NCBI GenBank assembly: GCA_951406725.2
Contig: OX597834.1
Location: forward strand, 45,012,001 to 45,076,000
DNA from: Octopus vulgaris
Lineage: Eukaryota
Length of the DNA stretch: 64,000 bases
Direction: 5' to 3'
Both the position numbers and the translations under genes were made by a program. Shown one piece after another: positions 1 through 16,200 of this stretch. Each line of letters starts with the position of its first letter. The stretch's first letter is position 1. The notes under the pieces were generated by a model that made no database searches, was not told the origin of the DNA, and saw nothing but the letters and a program-made list of their open reading frames with translations.

Positions 1-141
1 CAATGCATCCCGGCGTTGACTGGGTGCTATGAACTACGGCCCCATTGTATTGCATGTTCCTTCCTTATGGGGGCAAAATAGTCCCACGAGGAGTATGAAT
101 CAAACAATACTTCATAAATGTTTTCCGGTCATTTTCTGATG

Positions 142-290
142 CAGTTTCCGCTTACCAAATTCTAGTAGAGGTCTGCGGTTGTCCTAGTGCTATAATAGAA
201 AACACTTGCCCAAGGTACCATGCTGAGGGACTGAACATGGAGCCATGTAGTTGGGAAGCAAACTTATCACCCACACAGTCAATCTTGCAC
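142..290 (-). mobile_element. SINE family B (tRNA-derived, CORE-like; Octopus OR-type), diverged 5' half
   Basis: Reverse complement contains ...CCTTGGGCAAGTGTTTTCTATTATAGC..., matching the fuller copies at 29285 and 56403. Confidence 0.7.
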
Positions 291-319
291 GTAATTTGTA
301 TGTGCGTGTATATGTGTGT

Positions 320-362
<43 letters not shown>

Positions 363-812
363 TACATTTGTTATTAAATCAAGTATTGCGTCCCACTATA
401 TCTCAACGTTAGAATTTCATCAGGCTGAGATCAATAAAAAAAATGCCAGATTGAAATACGTACGTAGGTCAGTATGATGAATTATGTTTATGAAGGTGAT
501 ACCCCCACCAATGCGACGGTCGGAATAGTGAACCCTGTAAAATAACGTTTCATGATTTAATGGCTTCAGATTTAAGGTAATGGAATACTAAGGACAAGAT
601 GATGTGTTCAAAACTTCGTATTGAACATCCACTCTATACGATAACAATATAGGTACATCTCACTATAGTTAACTTCCAATAATTAACAATTGTAATTTGT
701 AGTTGTAAGAAAGCTGTCCAGATATCTTTAAACATTTTTATGCAAAATATTCTGAGGAAAAACTTTTTTTTTCACCACAACAAACCACACACACACACAC
801 ATACACATGTAT

Positions 813-1360
813 TCAGTTGTATTTTGAGCTACTACAAATATTCTTCTTCTCCTTCTTCTTCTGCTTCTTCTTCTTTTCTTCCTCTTCTTCTTCTTCACCT
901 CCTTCTTCTTCTTCTTCTTCTTCTTCTTCTTCTTCTTCTTCTCCTTCTTCTCCTTCTTCTCCTCCTCTTGCTCCTCCTCCTCCTTCTTCTTCTTGATTCC
1001 CCCTCTTATTTATCCTTCTTACTACTTCCCCCACCTCGTTCTCCTCCTCTGCTTCAGCCATATTCTCATCCAACTGCTCTTCTTTCTTCATCTTCCTTCT
1101 ATTTCTTTTCTTTTTTCCCTTCCCCTTCCCCCTCCTACCACCACTACCACCATCAACACCAACACCACCACCACAAACACCGCCATCACCACCATCTCCG
1201 CTGCCGCTGCTACTACTACTACTGCATCACAATTTCCTTCTTTCTTTCCTTCCATTTTCTTCTTCCTCATCTTCCCATATCAGTGCTTGAGCCTCACCTC
1301 TTCGCGGCATCACCACCATCGCCTCCACCATCAGCACATCACTATCACCCTCACTATCTT
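813..1360. repeat. Compound trinucleotide microsatellite (TTC/CTC, then CAC/TAC)
   Basis: Visible (CTT)n, (CCT)n and (CAC)n tracts; source of the poly-L/poly-E/poly-H ORFs. Confidence 0.9.
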
Positions 1361-1798
1361 TGACAGAAACAAGTCTCTCTCACTTAATCGTTCCAAAGAA
1401 AAAAAGATATATATATATATAATATATATATATAATATGTATGTATATATAATGTTTTCTAGCAAAACATTTTTAGGTGTTAGTCTTCATATTCACATTC
1501 ACAAACGAATTCATTGAAGCGGACGACTGATTATTAGATACCGCATTGTCACAGTAACCACGTCTGGCAGCCATTACTGCCTCACAACATACAATTTCTC
1601 TTCAAACATCTACAGATTTGCATCGTTGAGCAATTTCCTTTGTCCAGTCATTTGATGACAACGGGGAGAAATAACAATATCCTTGCTATATCGGGATATT
1701 CGTCGGAGATGAAGAGTGTTACAGAGAGACACAGAGATGTCTTTTTTCCCCCATCCTATCTGTCTGTTTGTTTGTACAATAAATATTCCATCTACCAA

Positions 1799-1833
<35 letters not shown>

Positions 1834-1914
1834 GTGTATGTATATAGTACTTATACATATGTATACACTCACATGCATACACACATAAGTGTTTGTGTGT
1901 ATATGTGTATATGT

Positions 1915-2160
1915 AAGGCGGTGAGCTGGCAGAAACGTTAGCACGCCGGGCGAAATGCTTAGCGGTATTTCGTCTATCGCTACGTTCTGAGTTCAAATTC
2001 CGCCGAGGTCGACTTTGCCTTTCATCGTTTCGGGGTCGATTAAATAAGTACCAGTTACGCACTGGGTCGATATAATCGACTTAATCCGTTTGTCTGTCCT
2101 TGTTTGTGCCTTCTGTGTTTGTCCCTTGTGGGTAGTAAAGAAATAGTTATTTCGTCTGCT
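1915..2160 (+). mobile_element. SINE family A (tRNA-derived, Meta-like central domain), full-length young copy
   Basis: Head AAGGCGGTGAGCTGGCAGAA, B-box-like GAGTTCAAATTCC, central GTCGACTTTGCCTTTCATC..GGGGTCGATTAAATAAGTACC, tail ...GTAGTAAAGAAATA. More than 12 related copies in the window. Confidence 0.9.
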
Positions 2161-3750
2161 TCTACTAAGAATAAGGTAAAATTACTACCTGCGTTTACAG
2201 CAAGTTGATGCAGGTAGTTTAACTCGTGCCCCTCCGACTTTTACTTCCTGCAATTGAAAACTTTGCATTACTTAAGGGTTGACCCAATATACACATACAT
2301 ACATGCATTCATACATACATACATACATACATACATACATACATACATACATACATACATACATACATACATACATACGTGCGAATATGCACAATTAGTT
2401 ATATGTATATATATTCATCAATGTATATATGTGCTTGTGTGAGTATATGGGTATGTCTGTGTGTATGCGTGTCGGTGGGGCGGAGTATCTTTCTGTATGT
2501 ATGTATGTACACATGAAGATTAACAAGGAATATAGCACATCTGTAAATGAAAAATGAGATATAAGAAAAAATATATTAAAGAGCTGCAGCTTTCCGAATG
2601 TGCTTCGTCTTCATACGGTTGTATGAGCAACGAACCTAGGTTGACTTGTAGCGAACCTGTCACTCACCACGCTATACATCACAAATTCACATCCAAAATA
2701 TTTACAAAATGAACGAAGTAAACAAACTGAAGCAAATACATACAAATGAAACAAATCCTACACACGGAGCACAGAAAGCGCACGTGCCGCGGCGTTGTTT
2801 ACACCCACCAAAGTTAATCATAATACCTTGTCAGGTTGTCAGAAAGCTATGCGTATCATAAATCATTGTATTGTCGTATAATATTATCAGATTTATGTCA
2901 GAGATATGAGGAGAGTTTGCAGTTGTCAGTTATAGTCTATTTATAGTTTTGTATTAAATTTTATTACAGTGTGGTATTATATTGTTGTTCTTTGGATTCT
3001 AGACTTTGTCATATTTTTTCTCACATTCTGCTCTATCTTCGGTTATGACAGATTGTATTGTGAAATTATGTATGGTACCATCATTTGTATATCTTCACTC
3101 GCAGTAATAACAACTTATCAAAAATCCAATTAATTTTAGAGCTTTAACTGGTCAAGGGACTTGTTAGAAATGGCAGCTATATTTTCCTAAAATCTTACAC
3201 CTATTGACTTTAAAAATAGAAGGGTATATTCAGCAATATATACCCTTCTTGATATTACAAATGTTTGGTATTATAATGGTTGTTTAGTATGTTTATTAGC
3301 TAAATGGTTAAGGAATAAGCCAAGGGCTTTATAACGAGTTTGTGTGTGTGAGTGTGTGTGTGTGCGTGTGTGTTTGTGTGCTTGTGTGTTTGTGTGTGTG
3401 TGTGTGTGTGAGCATGTGTGTGTATGTTTCTTTGTGACTGCAGTTGTCACTGCTCAACAAACGGTTCTGGTTTCCTTCCGCCTACATGATAAATCGGTTC
3501 GGGAAAGATGCCAACAGGATAAGGACCAGGCTTAAAAGAAGTATACTACTGGAGTCGATTCGTTCAGATAAAACTTTTCAGGGTCGAAGCCCCAGCATGT
3601 CTGCAATCTGCTGAAAACCACAAGTAAAAGATGGACAAACATACTACCCAGCCATGACCACTTCCTCCAACATTACAACAAAGAAAAGCTGAAGCAAGTA
3701 CTACAATACAAACGTAACATGTATGTGAGCGCGTGTCTTTGTGTGTATGT

Positions 3751-3809
<59 letters not shown>

Positions 3810-4055
3810 CACGAACACACTCACAGTCACACGCTTATGTGTAATTGCAAAGTTTTGAAAGTCGTTATTCTTTTACTCACTGAACTGTTGACAAATTCTC
3901 TCCCCTTTACTGCTTCTGCGATATAGGTCAAGTAATTCATAGCAATTGAGATGTCATCGAAATCTATCTGTCATCGGTGATAAATCGATTTAATATATCG
4001 CTCCGAGATATCGCTTTAGACATGGGTTCACCCAGGCTGCTTCTTATCTACACTA

Positions 4056-4114
<59 letters not shown>

Positions 4115-4164
4115 CACACACACACACATATGTATATATATATATATAACTCTCTCTCTCTCTC

Positions 4165-4196
<32 letters not shown>

Positions 4197-4311
4197 CCGG
4201 AGTAAACACGTAAATGATACAAGCAAAAACTGTATATATATGTATATATGTGTGTGTATATCTCTATATAGATATATAATATATATATGTATATATATAT
4301 ATATATGTATG

Positions 4312-5182
<871 letters not shown>

Positions 5183-5300
5183 GATATTTTTGTCTCTTCC
5201 AATAGAGCACTTCTATAGCAGTTCTATTAATCTTTTTGTTCCTGACAAGAAACAATTACTGTATTATTAATATCGATATATATATATATATATATGTGTG

Positions 5301-5365
<65 letters not shown>

Positions 5366-5408
5366 GGTAGCATCCATCTACCTATCTATCTGCCTATATA
5401 TATATATA

Positions 5409-5493
<85 letters not shown>

Positions 5494-5720
5494 CGACGGC
5501 GTTTACTTCAATTCTTTTAGTCGACCAACAGATTGATTGAGTAAGTAGAACCGTGATTGCACATATTAATATATCAGAAATAACTGTAAGTGATAATTGC
5601 ACAAAAAGGAATATGTAAAATCCATTATTTATACTTCTTATTTGATCGCTCCCTCCCCTCTCTCTTTCTTTCTCTCTCTCTCTCTCTCTCACTCTCTCTC
5701 TACACACACGAACATATATA

Positions 5721-5952
5721 TATTTCTTTACTACCCAAAAAGGGCTAAACATACAGGGGACAAACAAGGACAGACAAACAGATTAAGTCGATTACATCGA
5801 CCCCAGTGCGAAACTGGTACTTTATTTATCGACCCGAAAGGATGAAAGGCAAAGTCGACCTCGGTGGAATTTGAACTCAGAAAGTAACAACAGACGAAAT
5901 GCCACTAAGCATTTCGCCCGGCGCGCTAACGTTTCTGCCAGCTCGCCGCCTT
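5721..5952 (-). mobile_element. SINE family A, full-length young copy
   Basis: Reverse complement of the 1915 copy, ending ...CTGCCAGCTCGCCGCCTT. Confidence 0.9.
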
Positions 5953-6239
5953 ACATACATATATATATATATATGTATGTATATATGTATGTATGTATGT
6001 ATGTTCTTTCAGTATTAATAGTCGGAAGAATGGGTACCCATTAATACAGGAGTGATAATTGCATTTTATGTTATTATCACTGCTATCTCTTAGAACACTC
6101 GGGTACATCTAGAGAAGATGCAGATTTCTGTGCTCAGGTACTCAGGTACTCCGAAAGGTGAAATCCAGAAGAGCAAACAACCAACTCGACTGATGTATGT
6201 ACTTTTGAGCGCGTGCATGAGTGCGAATTTGTGCGAGTT

Positions 6240-6460
6240 TGTGTCTCAGAATTTGTGTTTGTCCACCACCACCGCTTGACAACCGGTGTTGGCTGCTTTA
6301 CTTCCCCGTATATCTAGCCGTTGTGCAAGGAGAAAAACAGATAGAATAAGTACCACGGTTAAAAGATTAAGTACTGCATTCGATTCGTTCGACTAAAACC
6401 ATTTACGACAGTGCTGCATCATGGCCGGCGTCCAATGACTGCAACAAGTGAAAGATTAAA
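6240..6460 (+). mobile_element. SINE family B, diverged 3' half
   Basis: CCGCTTGACAACCGGTGTTGG...GATAGAATAAGTACC...CAATGACTGCAACAAGTGAAAGA matches the 3' half of the 11280 and 59560 copies. A similar fragment lies at ~3440-3630. Confidence 0.7.
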
Positions 6461-6706
6461 GAAATCAAAATATATGCAACGCCAATGAAATGATCTCAGA
6501 TGTCTGTGCCAAACCCGCTTTCCAACAATTATTAATTGCCTGTTCCGCAGTTTTTCCTTCTCCATCTTCACCGCCCCAGGAACGTCCTCTCTGTAAATAT
6601 TTCAACAACAAGTGAAACAACAAACACAATAATCCGAAGGTAGTGCTTTCTATCCATTCATCACAAGTTAATGAGATATTTTTCTAGATGTTTATACTGT
6701 TATTAA

Positions 6707-6764
<58 letters not shown>

Positions 6765-6945
6765 TTTACAGATGCTTTGAACTGAATCAAACGGATCTTT
6801 GAAACGTTTTTGTTTTTGTTTTTGTTTATTTGTTTTGTTTTTGTTTTACATTTCTTGTCATGGTTAATGATCCAGCTATAGCACTCTTAAGGAAGGGAAA
6901 ATATACAAAAACACAAACACACGCAAGTATAGACATTTATGACCG

Positions 6946-7003
<58 letters not shown>

Positions 7004-7344
7004 AGAAACAATAACATAATAAAGCAATACAGAAGAAGGTAAAATAAAACATAAAAAGGAAAAATAACGAAAGAGAACAACATATAATATAAATACAGTA
7101 AAATAGCAATGCTTATTTGAAGTCGATTTGTTTAATCATACATTTCTAGATTGTGGATAGCTACCTATTTCGATGTTGGTATATAATAACGTTCCATTGC
7201 GTTTAAAGGACGGAGCACTAACACAATCCCCAGCTTAGTTAAACACACACACACACACACAGAGGTATACATACAAATATATATGTATACTATATGCATA
7301 CAGGTATACACACACATATATATATATATATATATGTATGTATG

Positions 7345-7375
<31 letters not shown>

Positions 7376-7405
7376 GTTTATGTATATATACATATATATA
7401 CATAT

Positions 7406-7440
<35 letters not shown>

Positions 7441-7482
7441 CAGAGGCATACATATACATATACACAGGTATCCATATATATA

Positions 7483-7523
<41 letters not shown>

Positions 7524-7560
7524 TTTATATGTATATATGTATATATGTGTATATGTATGC

Positions 7561-7631
<71 letters not shown>

Positions 7632-8391
7632 TATATACAGATTCATTTATTTATATGTGGGTATGGGTGTGGGTTCGTGTTTTGGTGTATATAGTTGAGA
7701 TATATTATTTTTTACGCTTCTGTCCAATCATCATGTGAAAGTAAATCAAACAGCGAATTTAATGAAGATTTGCAATTTTCACACCATTAATTAATGCTGC
7801 AAATAATTACGTACATACAAAGATATATACACAAATCCATACTTAGGCACATTCAGACAGACACACACACATTAACGTACTAACACTACTATATTTCCAT
7901 CTATCTATCTATATATATACGTGTGTGTGTATGTGTGTGTGTGTGTGTGTGTGTATGTATATATACATATACATGTATGTATGTGTATATATTTATATTG
8001 TGTATATGTGTGTGTGTGTGTGTTTGTGTGTAAATGGATAACCCAGTGACGAATACAGAAACAGGAGTTAAATATCTGCTACACGGTTTCAATTCTCGGT
8101 TAGGAAAAGAGCGTTGTGTAAGTCAATTAAATATATTCGAGAAATGACTGAACGTAATCAAACAGAAACTGACGCATTCACCCCCTGTATATGACACTTT
8201 GTTCCAATTTAGTAATACTAATAAGCACAATGGGACTGGCATTTGCATACATACACACATACATACATACATAGATACATACATACATACATACACACAA
8301 ACGCATGCATACATACATACATACACACACACACATACGTGGATACATACATACATACATACATATATACATGCATACATACATACACGAA

Positions 8392-8561
8392 CGAAGGCTG
8401 GTGTGTTTACGTGCCAGTAACCTAGCGGCTCGGCAAAATAAACCAATAGACTAAGTATTAGGCTTACAGAGAATAAGTCCTGGGGTCGATTTGCTCGTCT
8501 AAAGGCGGTGCTCCAGCATGGTAGCAGTCAGATGACTGAAACAAGTAAAAGAGTAAAAGAG
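8392..8561 (+). mobile_element. SINE family B, 3' half
   Basis: GCTGGTGTGTTTACG...AAGGCGGTGCTCCAGCATGG...GAAACAAGTAAAAGAGTAAAAGAG. Confidence 0.85.
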
Positions 8562-9090
8562 CATGAAGTAATTTTTCCCCAAAATGTTGTATATCACAGT
8601 TTGTTCAATAAAAGTCACTGACTAAACACCTGTATATTTTTCGTCACGTGATGAGGGATTTAGGTTTGCCAACATTAATCGCTTAATCATCCAGGTCCAG
8701 TCCTAATCTAGTATGGATATGTTTAATTCATTTCCAAGTATAAAGATTCCAATCTATATTAACAAATAGCCAGAAACATCTCCTATCCATTCTTTAACAG
8801 GTATGCCGATACTTAAATATGATTTGACTATTATTTCTAACACCTGAATTTGTTCTTTTAGTTCAATGGAATATAGCAAAAATTAGATATTATGCTATTG
8901 TTGTTTCATCCTAGCTTCATCTCTGATTTAGTTAACCCATCACTAAAGATATTGTAGTAATCGTTAAACATATATTTATTATTTAGAACCTTTATATTTA
9001 AGAATATATTGTACGTGTTGTGCTTTTCTGATTTTATAGGGAGCATCATAAAACAAAAAGAGATTTGCATGCAATTTTTAATCTTGTAAG

Positions 9091-9320
9091 ACTTAGTGGT
9101 TAGGGTGTCAGCATCGTAAGATTGTGGTTTCGATTCCTGGACCGGGCGAGGCGTTGTGTTCTCGAGCAAAACACTTCATTTCATGTTGCTCCAGTCCCCT
9201 CAGCTGGCAAAAAGGAGTAACGCTGCTATGGACTGGCCTCCCGTCCAGCTGGGGAAGACATATGCCATAGAAACCGGGAACCCGGGCCCATGAGCCTGGC
9301 TAAGATTTAAAAGGGCGTAT
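9091..9320 (+). mobile_element. SINE family C (tRNA-derived, V-domain-like)
   Basis: tRNA-like head TAGTGGTTAG...GGTTTCGATTCC; central CTGCTATGGACTGGCCTCCCGTCCAG resembles the V-SINE domain. Related copies at 27684 and 61089. Confidence 0.75.
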
Positions 9321-10003
9321 ATATTTATTCTTTTAAGTCTATTGATCCTATAGAGTATGATATTTGGTTGGATGAAACCCACGATTTGATAGAAAAAGAT
9401 TTTACATCTGCAGGGAAATAAATATTAAAAACTATATGGCGCCGGGTCAGACCTCAAAACTTATAATTAAACATACTATAGCTAAGAATATCCTATTGGT
9501 TGTTTACAAATAGCAAACCTGGTACCACAAAATTTTATGCACCCTTCCTATTATTTAAGATATAAATATGTTACATAGTTACTGTATGGCTATTATTTTT
9601 AGCAAATTGATAGTCCACATAGAAGCTAACTCATTAGCTAGATGGAAACTATTGATTTTTAAGAGATTGGAAAACGTCGACACTTAAGTAAAAAACGTGC
9701 GATTTGTATTGCCTGAGATTTTAAGGTAAATAACATTTTTTTTCCATTTTCGTCAACCAAATCAATTGAATATCACGAAACTAATTAAAACATTCCAAAC
9801 ATCGTTTCAAAGCAGAGCCAAATATTTTCACAGATTCAAGGAATAAGATAAGTCACAAAAGAAATTGGTGTATACAAGAACTCGCCAAAATACATAGGCA
9901 TAATAGAAAGACACACAAACATGTGTATGTATATATGTATGTGTGTATGCACATGTATGTATGCATGTTTGTATATACATACATATATGCATACACACAC
10001 ACG

Positions 10004-10048
<45 letters not shown>

Positions 10049-10050
10049 GC

Positions 10051-10098
<48 letters not shown>

Positions 10099-10112
10099 GT
10101 ATACATGTCTTA

Positions 10113-10152
<40 letters not shown>

Positions 10153-10324
10153 TGAATATATAGAGACATAGGGAGAGAATGAGATAGATATATAGACAGA
10201 TATGAATGTATGTATCTGTATGTGTTTACCGGGAAGGTGCAAGAAAAGGTGCACTAAAAATTGCCTCTTTTTTCTTTGGTGGTTTGTTTATGGCGGCTAA
10301 CAATGGTTCAATTTAACTCTCTCA

Positions 10325-10560
10325 GATCGAGCAATATGCCGGCAAGAAGAACAGCACTTTTTAACAAAGGAACTAAGGTGTCTCAATAAGTAAGATCATG
10401 TCCAAAAAGCAGAAGGTTTCACATTATCTTTGGGCTAGGAACTGAAATGGCGGAAAAGGATACGTGGTGTTGGGTTTGCAATCAGAAGTGATTTACTAAA
10501 AACCTCGAGAAACCACACATCAAAAGTAATCGGTAATTAAATGGAAGCTTCCTTATGTCT
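10325..10560 (+). mobile_element. RTE-clade LINE, decayed AP-endonuclease N-terminal fragment
   Basis: Translates with frameshifts to PARRTAL... and RIRGVGFAIRSDLL, matching the RTE/BovB APE motifs RRTAL and GVGFAI. Confidence 0.7.
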
Positions 10561-11279
10561 TCATGATTCCATTATGAGAAACTTAGACATTGTCGCAGAG
10601 GTATGGTCGTAGTTGAAAGACCGTAAAAGACCATTAAAATATCAGTATTGAGAATGTTATTGAAGTTCAACGACATAGAGGAATGAGTTTCGAGCAGAAC
10701 CTCCAAGAAGCCTGAACATTCCCTGAACTCGTATTAGGTTTTATTGCACATGGTACTGTATGTGATGTGCAGAAGGGAAAATGCTTAAGGTGATGAAACC
10801 TTCCATTTGCTCAGCACCGAAAATTCTACTACAAAATGGGAACATGTGACAGCAATGAGGCGTATATGCATACGGCACATTCTGCTTTCTTGTTGCTTTG
10901 TTTATTCGCTCATATAAATGAAAGCATGTATGCATGTATGTATGTACGTACGCACGTATGTATGTATGTACGTACGCACGTATGCATGTATGTATGTAGG
11001 CATTGTTATGTGAAAGGTTTAATTTAGTGTATTTTTATAGCTCAGTATCTAACAGGCTGAAGATTTCTAATAAGAATTAAATCGTGGTGTACATGATTAG
11101 CTATGGTTCGGAATTTTAAGACCGTCGCTAAAAGTAAATTAATTAAATAATTAAAAGACAGCTACTTATGCATCTCCCCACCCCTGATTTCAGATTAAGT
11201 CTTTTAATCCCGACAAATATTTGTTACAAATGATTATCTCCGCCTCATTAACTGATTGCCAGCTAACACTACGCAGGGG

Positions 11280-11644
11280 CAGGCTTGCTTCCCAATCACA
11301 TAGTCCCGGGTTCAGCCCCACTGAAAGGGGCATACAATAGTTTCGAGAAGACCAAAGCCTTGGGAGGAGATTCGGTAGACGAATACTGAAAGAGGGCCGT
11401 CGTATATATATATATATATACATATATATGCATGTATTTGTGCGTTTGTCTGTATTTGTTCCCCCCACCATCTCTTGACAACCGATGTTGGCGTGTTTAT
11501 GCCCCCGTAACCCAGAGGTTCGACAAAATAGACAGAGAGAATAAGTACTAGTCTTACAAGAGAATAAGTCCTGGACTCGATCTGTTCGATTAAAGGCGGT
11601 GATCCAGTATGGCCGCAGTCAAATGACTGAAAGTAGTAAAAGAA
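11280..11644 (+). mobile_element. SINE family B, near-full copy with internal (TA)n/(TG)n
   Basis: CCGGGTTCAGCCCCACTG head, GCCGTCG followed by (TA)n, then the conserved 3' half to AAATGACTGAAAGTAGTAAAAGA. Confidence 0.85.
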
Positions 11645-11677
11645 ATTACACACATATATATGTATGTATGTATACAC

Positions 11678-11777
<100 letters not shown>

Positions 11778-12630
11778 TTGTGTGTGTGTAATTATCTATG
11801 CATATGTGTATGTTGGTGGCGTGTAAGTGAGCAATTCAAATACTTTTGATTTCAATATCTATTGCAAGTCTTGTTTCCTGTTTAGTTACGACCGTTTCAC
11901 GTGTCTCATTCACTCACCGAAATGCTGCTATATTTCACCAAGTTGGCAATGCGTTTCGTCGTGTTTTACACAGAGTTCTAATATATATAGAGAAAAGACA
12001 AAATTTCGGGTGGATATGAAACAATTTCGAAACTTAAGTAAGCGACGATGATCTATCGTACGTAAATATCTGAAACCTTCCAGTTTTCTTAAGTGCAGTT
12101 TTGAGGTGAGAGGTGTGTCACGGTCTTGAAGTGTGTTCAGTTAAATTATGAAAGTAAAACTTTTCCCCGACTGCTTTATTTATTGGCTTTTCGATATTTT
12201 AAAAATATATGATTATAAATAATCAATATTTAAAAACTTTTTTTTTATATATATATAGATTTTAACAAAACAAAGTAAATCGACTTTTAGTGTCTTTTAC
12301 CAACTTTGAAATATATACCCTTTGATGTTCTATTATCTCGCTATGTAACACTCCCTCTGTTCTCCCTACCTCTCTCTCCCTTTCTATCCCTCTCTCTCTT
12401 TCTATCTCTATGTCTCTCTATCTTTATACACATGCACTTATACTCTCACGCACACACACACACACATATATATAGATAGATACACGCGTACAAATACATA
12501 TAACTCAATATCTGCATACACGTGAAATCATATATTCATATCGATGCATCTATATATATATATATATCAAATTTCTACACATATATATATATGTGTGTGT
12601 GTGTATGTATGCATATATCTAGATATATAC

Positions 12631-12689
<59 letters not shown>

Positions 12690-12793
12690 AATATGTATGT
12701 ATATGTATAAATGCATGTATGTATGTATATATATATATTTATATATGTACACACACATATATATATGCATATATATACGTATATATATATATG

Positions 12794-12880
<87 letters not shown>

Positions 12881-13238
12881 CGATTTTTATTTTGCGCGAG
12901 TCAGAAGTATAGCACTTATTGAATCTAAGTCCATAAAGCACAACAAAGTGCCGATTAGACAAGGGTTATTTCAAGTTCTACGATTCTGCGTTTAACATTT
13001 CGGGAAATCACAGAGGAATAGCTTTTGAGCTATAGACATAATATTTATTGCCCTTTATCGGTACATTAAGAGGAACCATCATGAAAGAGCTCCACGATAA
13101 GTACAACACGATCTTCCAATAAATATAAGTATAGAGAGGCAAGGTAGGAAAGCGCGTCAAAGAAGTAACAATCGAAAACACAGAATAGGATCGTTTGCAA
13201 TGCAAGAGTGTACATACGGGTGTGGGAACGCGCGCACG

Positions 13239-13282
<44 letters not shown>

Positions 13283-13372
13283 CATTCTTTTATTCCTTTA
13301 ATGGTTCCAGCTGCAGCAGTGCAGCCATGCTGGAGCATTGTCTTAATTTAATGCCACGAATATATTCATTCC

Positions 13373-13420
<48 letters not shown>

Positions 13421-13422
<2 letters not shown>

Positions 13423-13680
13423 GATCGTGGCGTCAGCATGATACACCTTCATTTTGGAAAGGCATTTGAGAAGGCAGATTATGGCTTGATATATCATAAG
13501 CTATGAGACCTTGGCATTACTGGTAAACTGGGAGATGGCTGTCTGACTTTCTTAAAGACAGAAGTCAGGTAGTTGTATTCAATGATGCCATTTCTGGGGA
13601 GACTGAAATGCTTAATGGCGTCTCCTCAGGCAACTATTCTGAGGTTTATTTTTGTTCATAATATCCCTCTTAGACACGCC
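13421..13680 (+). mobile_element. CR1/L2-group LINE reverse transcriptase fragment (pseudogenised)
   Basis: IHLHFGKAFEKADYGLIYHKL*DLGITGKLG..., then LKDRSQVVVFN...NGVSSG, corresponding to the YLDFxKAFDKVDH and GVPQG RT motifs. Confidence 0.75.
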
Positions 13681-13747
13681 CACGATCACTCAATCATATT
13701 TATATTATTATATGATTGAACGCGACGCATCCATTTCCACGTAGATA

Positions 13748-13795
<48 letters not shown>

Positions 13796-14174
13796 AATGT
13801 CTCTCCGTTTATTTATGTATATATATATACGCATCATTATGTGCAATCGTGTGTATGTTTATGTCTGTGTTTTTTTTTTCTATTCCTACTACGCGACCAG
13901 ATGTTAGACGCCCGTCATTGTTTCCTAGTAATGACATTCTGTTTCCTGTGACAGTTAACGTCTAGCCATATTCCAAGAAGACAGTAGAAACCAAGTACAC
14001 TCGCACGCACCTGCTATCTTGCGTGCGAGGAATTCCAACGAACACCTGTTCTAAATCAGGAGAACTATCTATCTATCTATATTTCTTCCTTTTTTTCTTT
14101 CTTTCTTTCTTTCTTTCTTGCTATCCACCTCTCTACTTATTTATTAATGTATGTAGCTATCTATCCGTCTACTG

Positions 14175-14224
<50 letters not shown>

Positions 14225-14259
14225 ACTTATCTATCTCTTACACTCTCCCTTTAACTATT

Positions 14260-14342
<83 letters not shown>

Positions 14343-14724
14343 CTGCGTAGAGATATACTCATTTATGTGTTTGCATGTTTCTCCCAATATGCCTGACTCT
14401 ATTGTAAATATAACTACGAGACTGCGTCGTGTTGTATCCCTTATACATGAAACCGAAGTGCAACATGGGCAATTCGACGAATACTGTCGATAAGAATAAG
14501 AATCCGACTGACAAATAATCTCTGTTCGAGTGAAACGGCAAAACTCCATGAAGCCAGCACCCTGCACAATTTCGCAGTCCTAGGAAAAGACCAGTAAGAA
14601 ATAGATAATTAAAAGCATAAAAATTATAAAAGGAATTGATTATTAATTAACAACTTTCATCAGGATAAGTGATACTGGCAAAACATTATCATAATTATTA
14701 CAAATTTTAGCACAAGACCAACAA

Positions 14725-15320
14725 AGGTCGGGATAAGTCGCTTACATCGATCACGGTGTTCAACTGGTACTTCATTATTCGTGTACTGACAGGAAAATGG
14801 ATTAAAATCAAAGTCGATCTCAGTGGAATTTGAACTCAGAATGTAAATAAAAAAAAGATGAAATAAAATAAAATGAAAAAAACTGGGGTGAAATGTCTCT
14901 AATGATTCTGCGTGGAATGCTTACTATTCTGCCAGCTTCACGCCTTGAAAACCGTTTTGAAATATTGAATATATTGAAGAATTTTCGTTTTGAAGAGAAG
15001 AAATATGTCCCCACATCTGGAAGTAATGTAATATGGTCCTGAAGAAACTCTTAGATATCAAGAATGGACAAGCACCATTATTTTTCATGGAAATAAGGCG
15101 GTGAGCAGGCAGAATCGTTACCACGCAGGGGGTGGGGAGTGCTTAGCGGTATTTCGTCCGCCACTACGTTCTAAGTTCAAATTCCGCCGAGGTCGAATTT
15201 TCCTTTCATCCTTTCTGGGTCAATGAAATAAGTGCCAGCTATGCACTAGGGTCGATGTAATCGTCTATCTCCCCTCCCCTCAAAATTTTCCAAGGCTTTG
15301 TACTTAGAGTAGAAATAATT
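14725..15320. mobile_element. Two SINE family A copies in opposite orientation (- at ~14725-14945, + at ~15095-15320)
   Basis: GGAATTTGAACTCAGAA on the minus copy; AAGGCGGTGAGCAGGCAGAATCG...GTTCAAATTCCGCCGAGGTCG on the plus copy, which has the older CCCTCAAAATT tail. Confidence 0.75.
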
Positions 15321-15709
15321 ATTTTTCATTGAAATAATACAGAGTAGGAATTGTCAACGGCAACCGTGGTAATTTTGGAAGCCATTTTAATTGTTTGATC
15401 AGTTCCTTATTAAACTATCCAATTTCCTGTATCTCTGACAATAATTTCTCTCATCCTACAATTTTGGTTTAAATATTATATTTTCTTTTTAATCTTGTTT
15501 TACGCACTTAGTTTGTAGTTTTGTACTTCTTGCCCTTTTATATGCAGATACATATGCATGAATAATGTATATATATATATATGTATATTTATACATATTC
15601 ATGTATATGCATATATAGGTTCATATGAATATGTAGACACGTGTCGAATTAATATAACGCAAACGTTGCGTCGAACCTAATGCGTATAGATTCTGCTATT
15701 GCTGCAGAT

Positions 15710-15711
<2 letters not shown>

Positions 15712-15782
<71 letters not shown>

Positions 15783-15842
15783 TAGTGGTAGTAGTAGTAG
15801 CAGCAGCAGCAGCAGCAGTAGCTGTACCACCACTACAAAAGC

Positions 15843-15892
<50 letters not shown>

Positions 15893-16127
15893 GATAATGA
15901 TACTACAACCAACACCAATAGTACGACTGATGTTGCTAGCAGTAATAGTAATTTTAAGAGTGATGATATGAGTGGTGATGAAGTTGATGATGATGATGAT
16001 GTAGTTCATGATAAAGATGACGATGATGATGAGTGTGGTCGTGGTCGTGGTGATGGTGGCGGCTGTGGTTTGGATGGTCAGGACTGTGATGAAAGTGCCG
16101 TTGACGATTATATTGTATTTATGGTGG

Positions 16128-16196
<69 letters not shown>

Positions 16197-16200
16197 CGAA
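15712..16200. repeat. Compound trinucleotide microsatellite (TTA, TAG, CAG, AAT, GAT)
   Basis: Directly visible. Confidence 0.93.

Noticed and set aside
740-1517. Long ORFs (207 aa, 174 aa) with poly-Leu/His/Thr
   Set aside because: They are translations of stop-free trinucleotide microsatellites, with no domain signal.
1915-2010. tRNA-like A/B boxes (also 9091, 59560, 61089)
   Set aside because: These are SINE heads that continue into SINE bodies; no complete cloverleaf, so not called tRNA genes.
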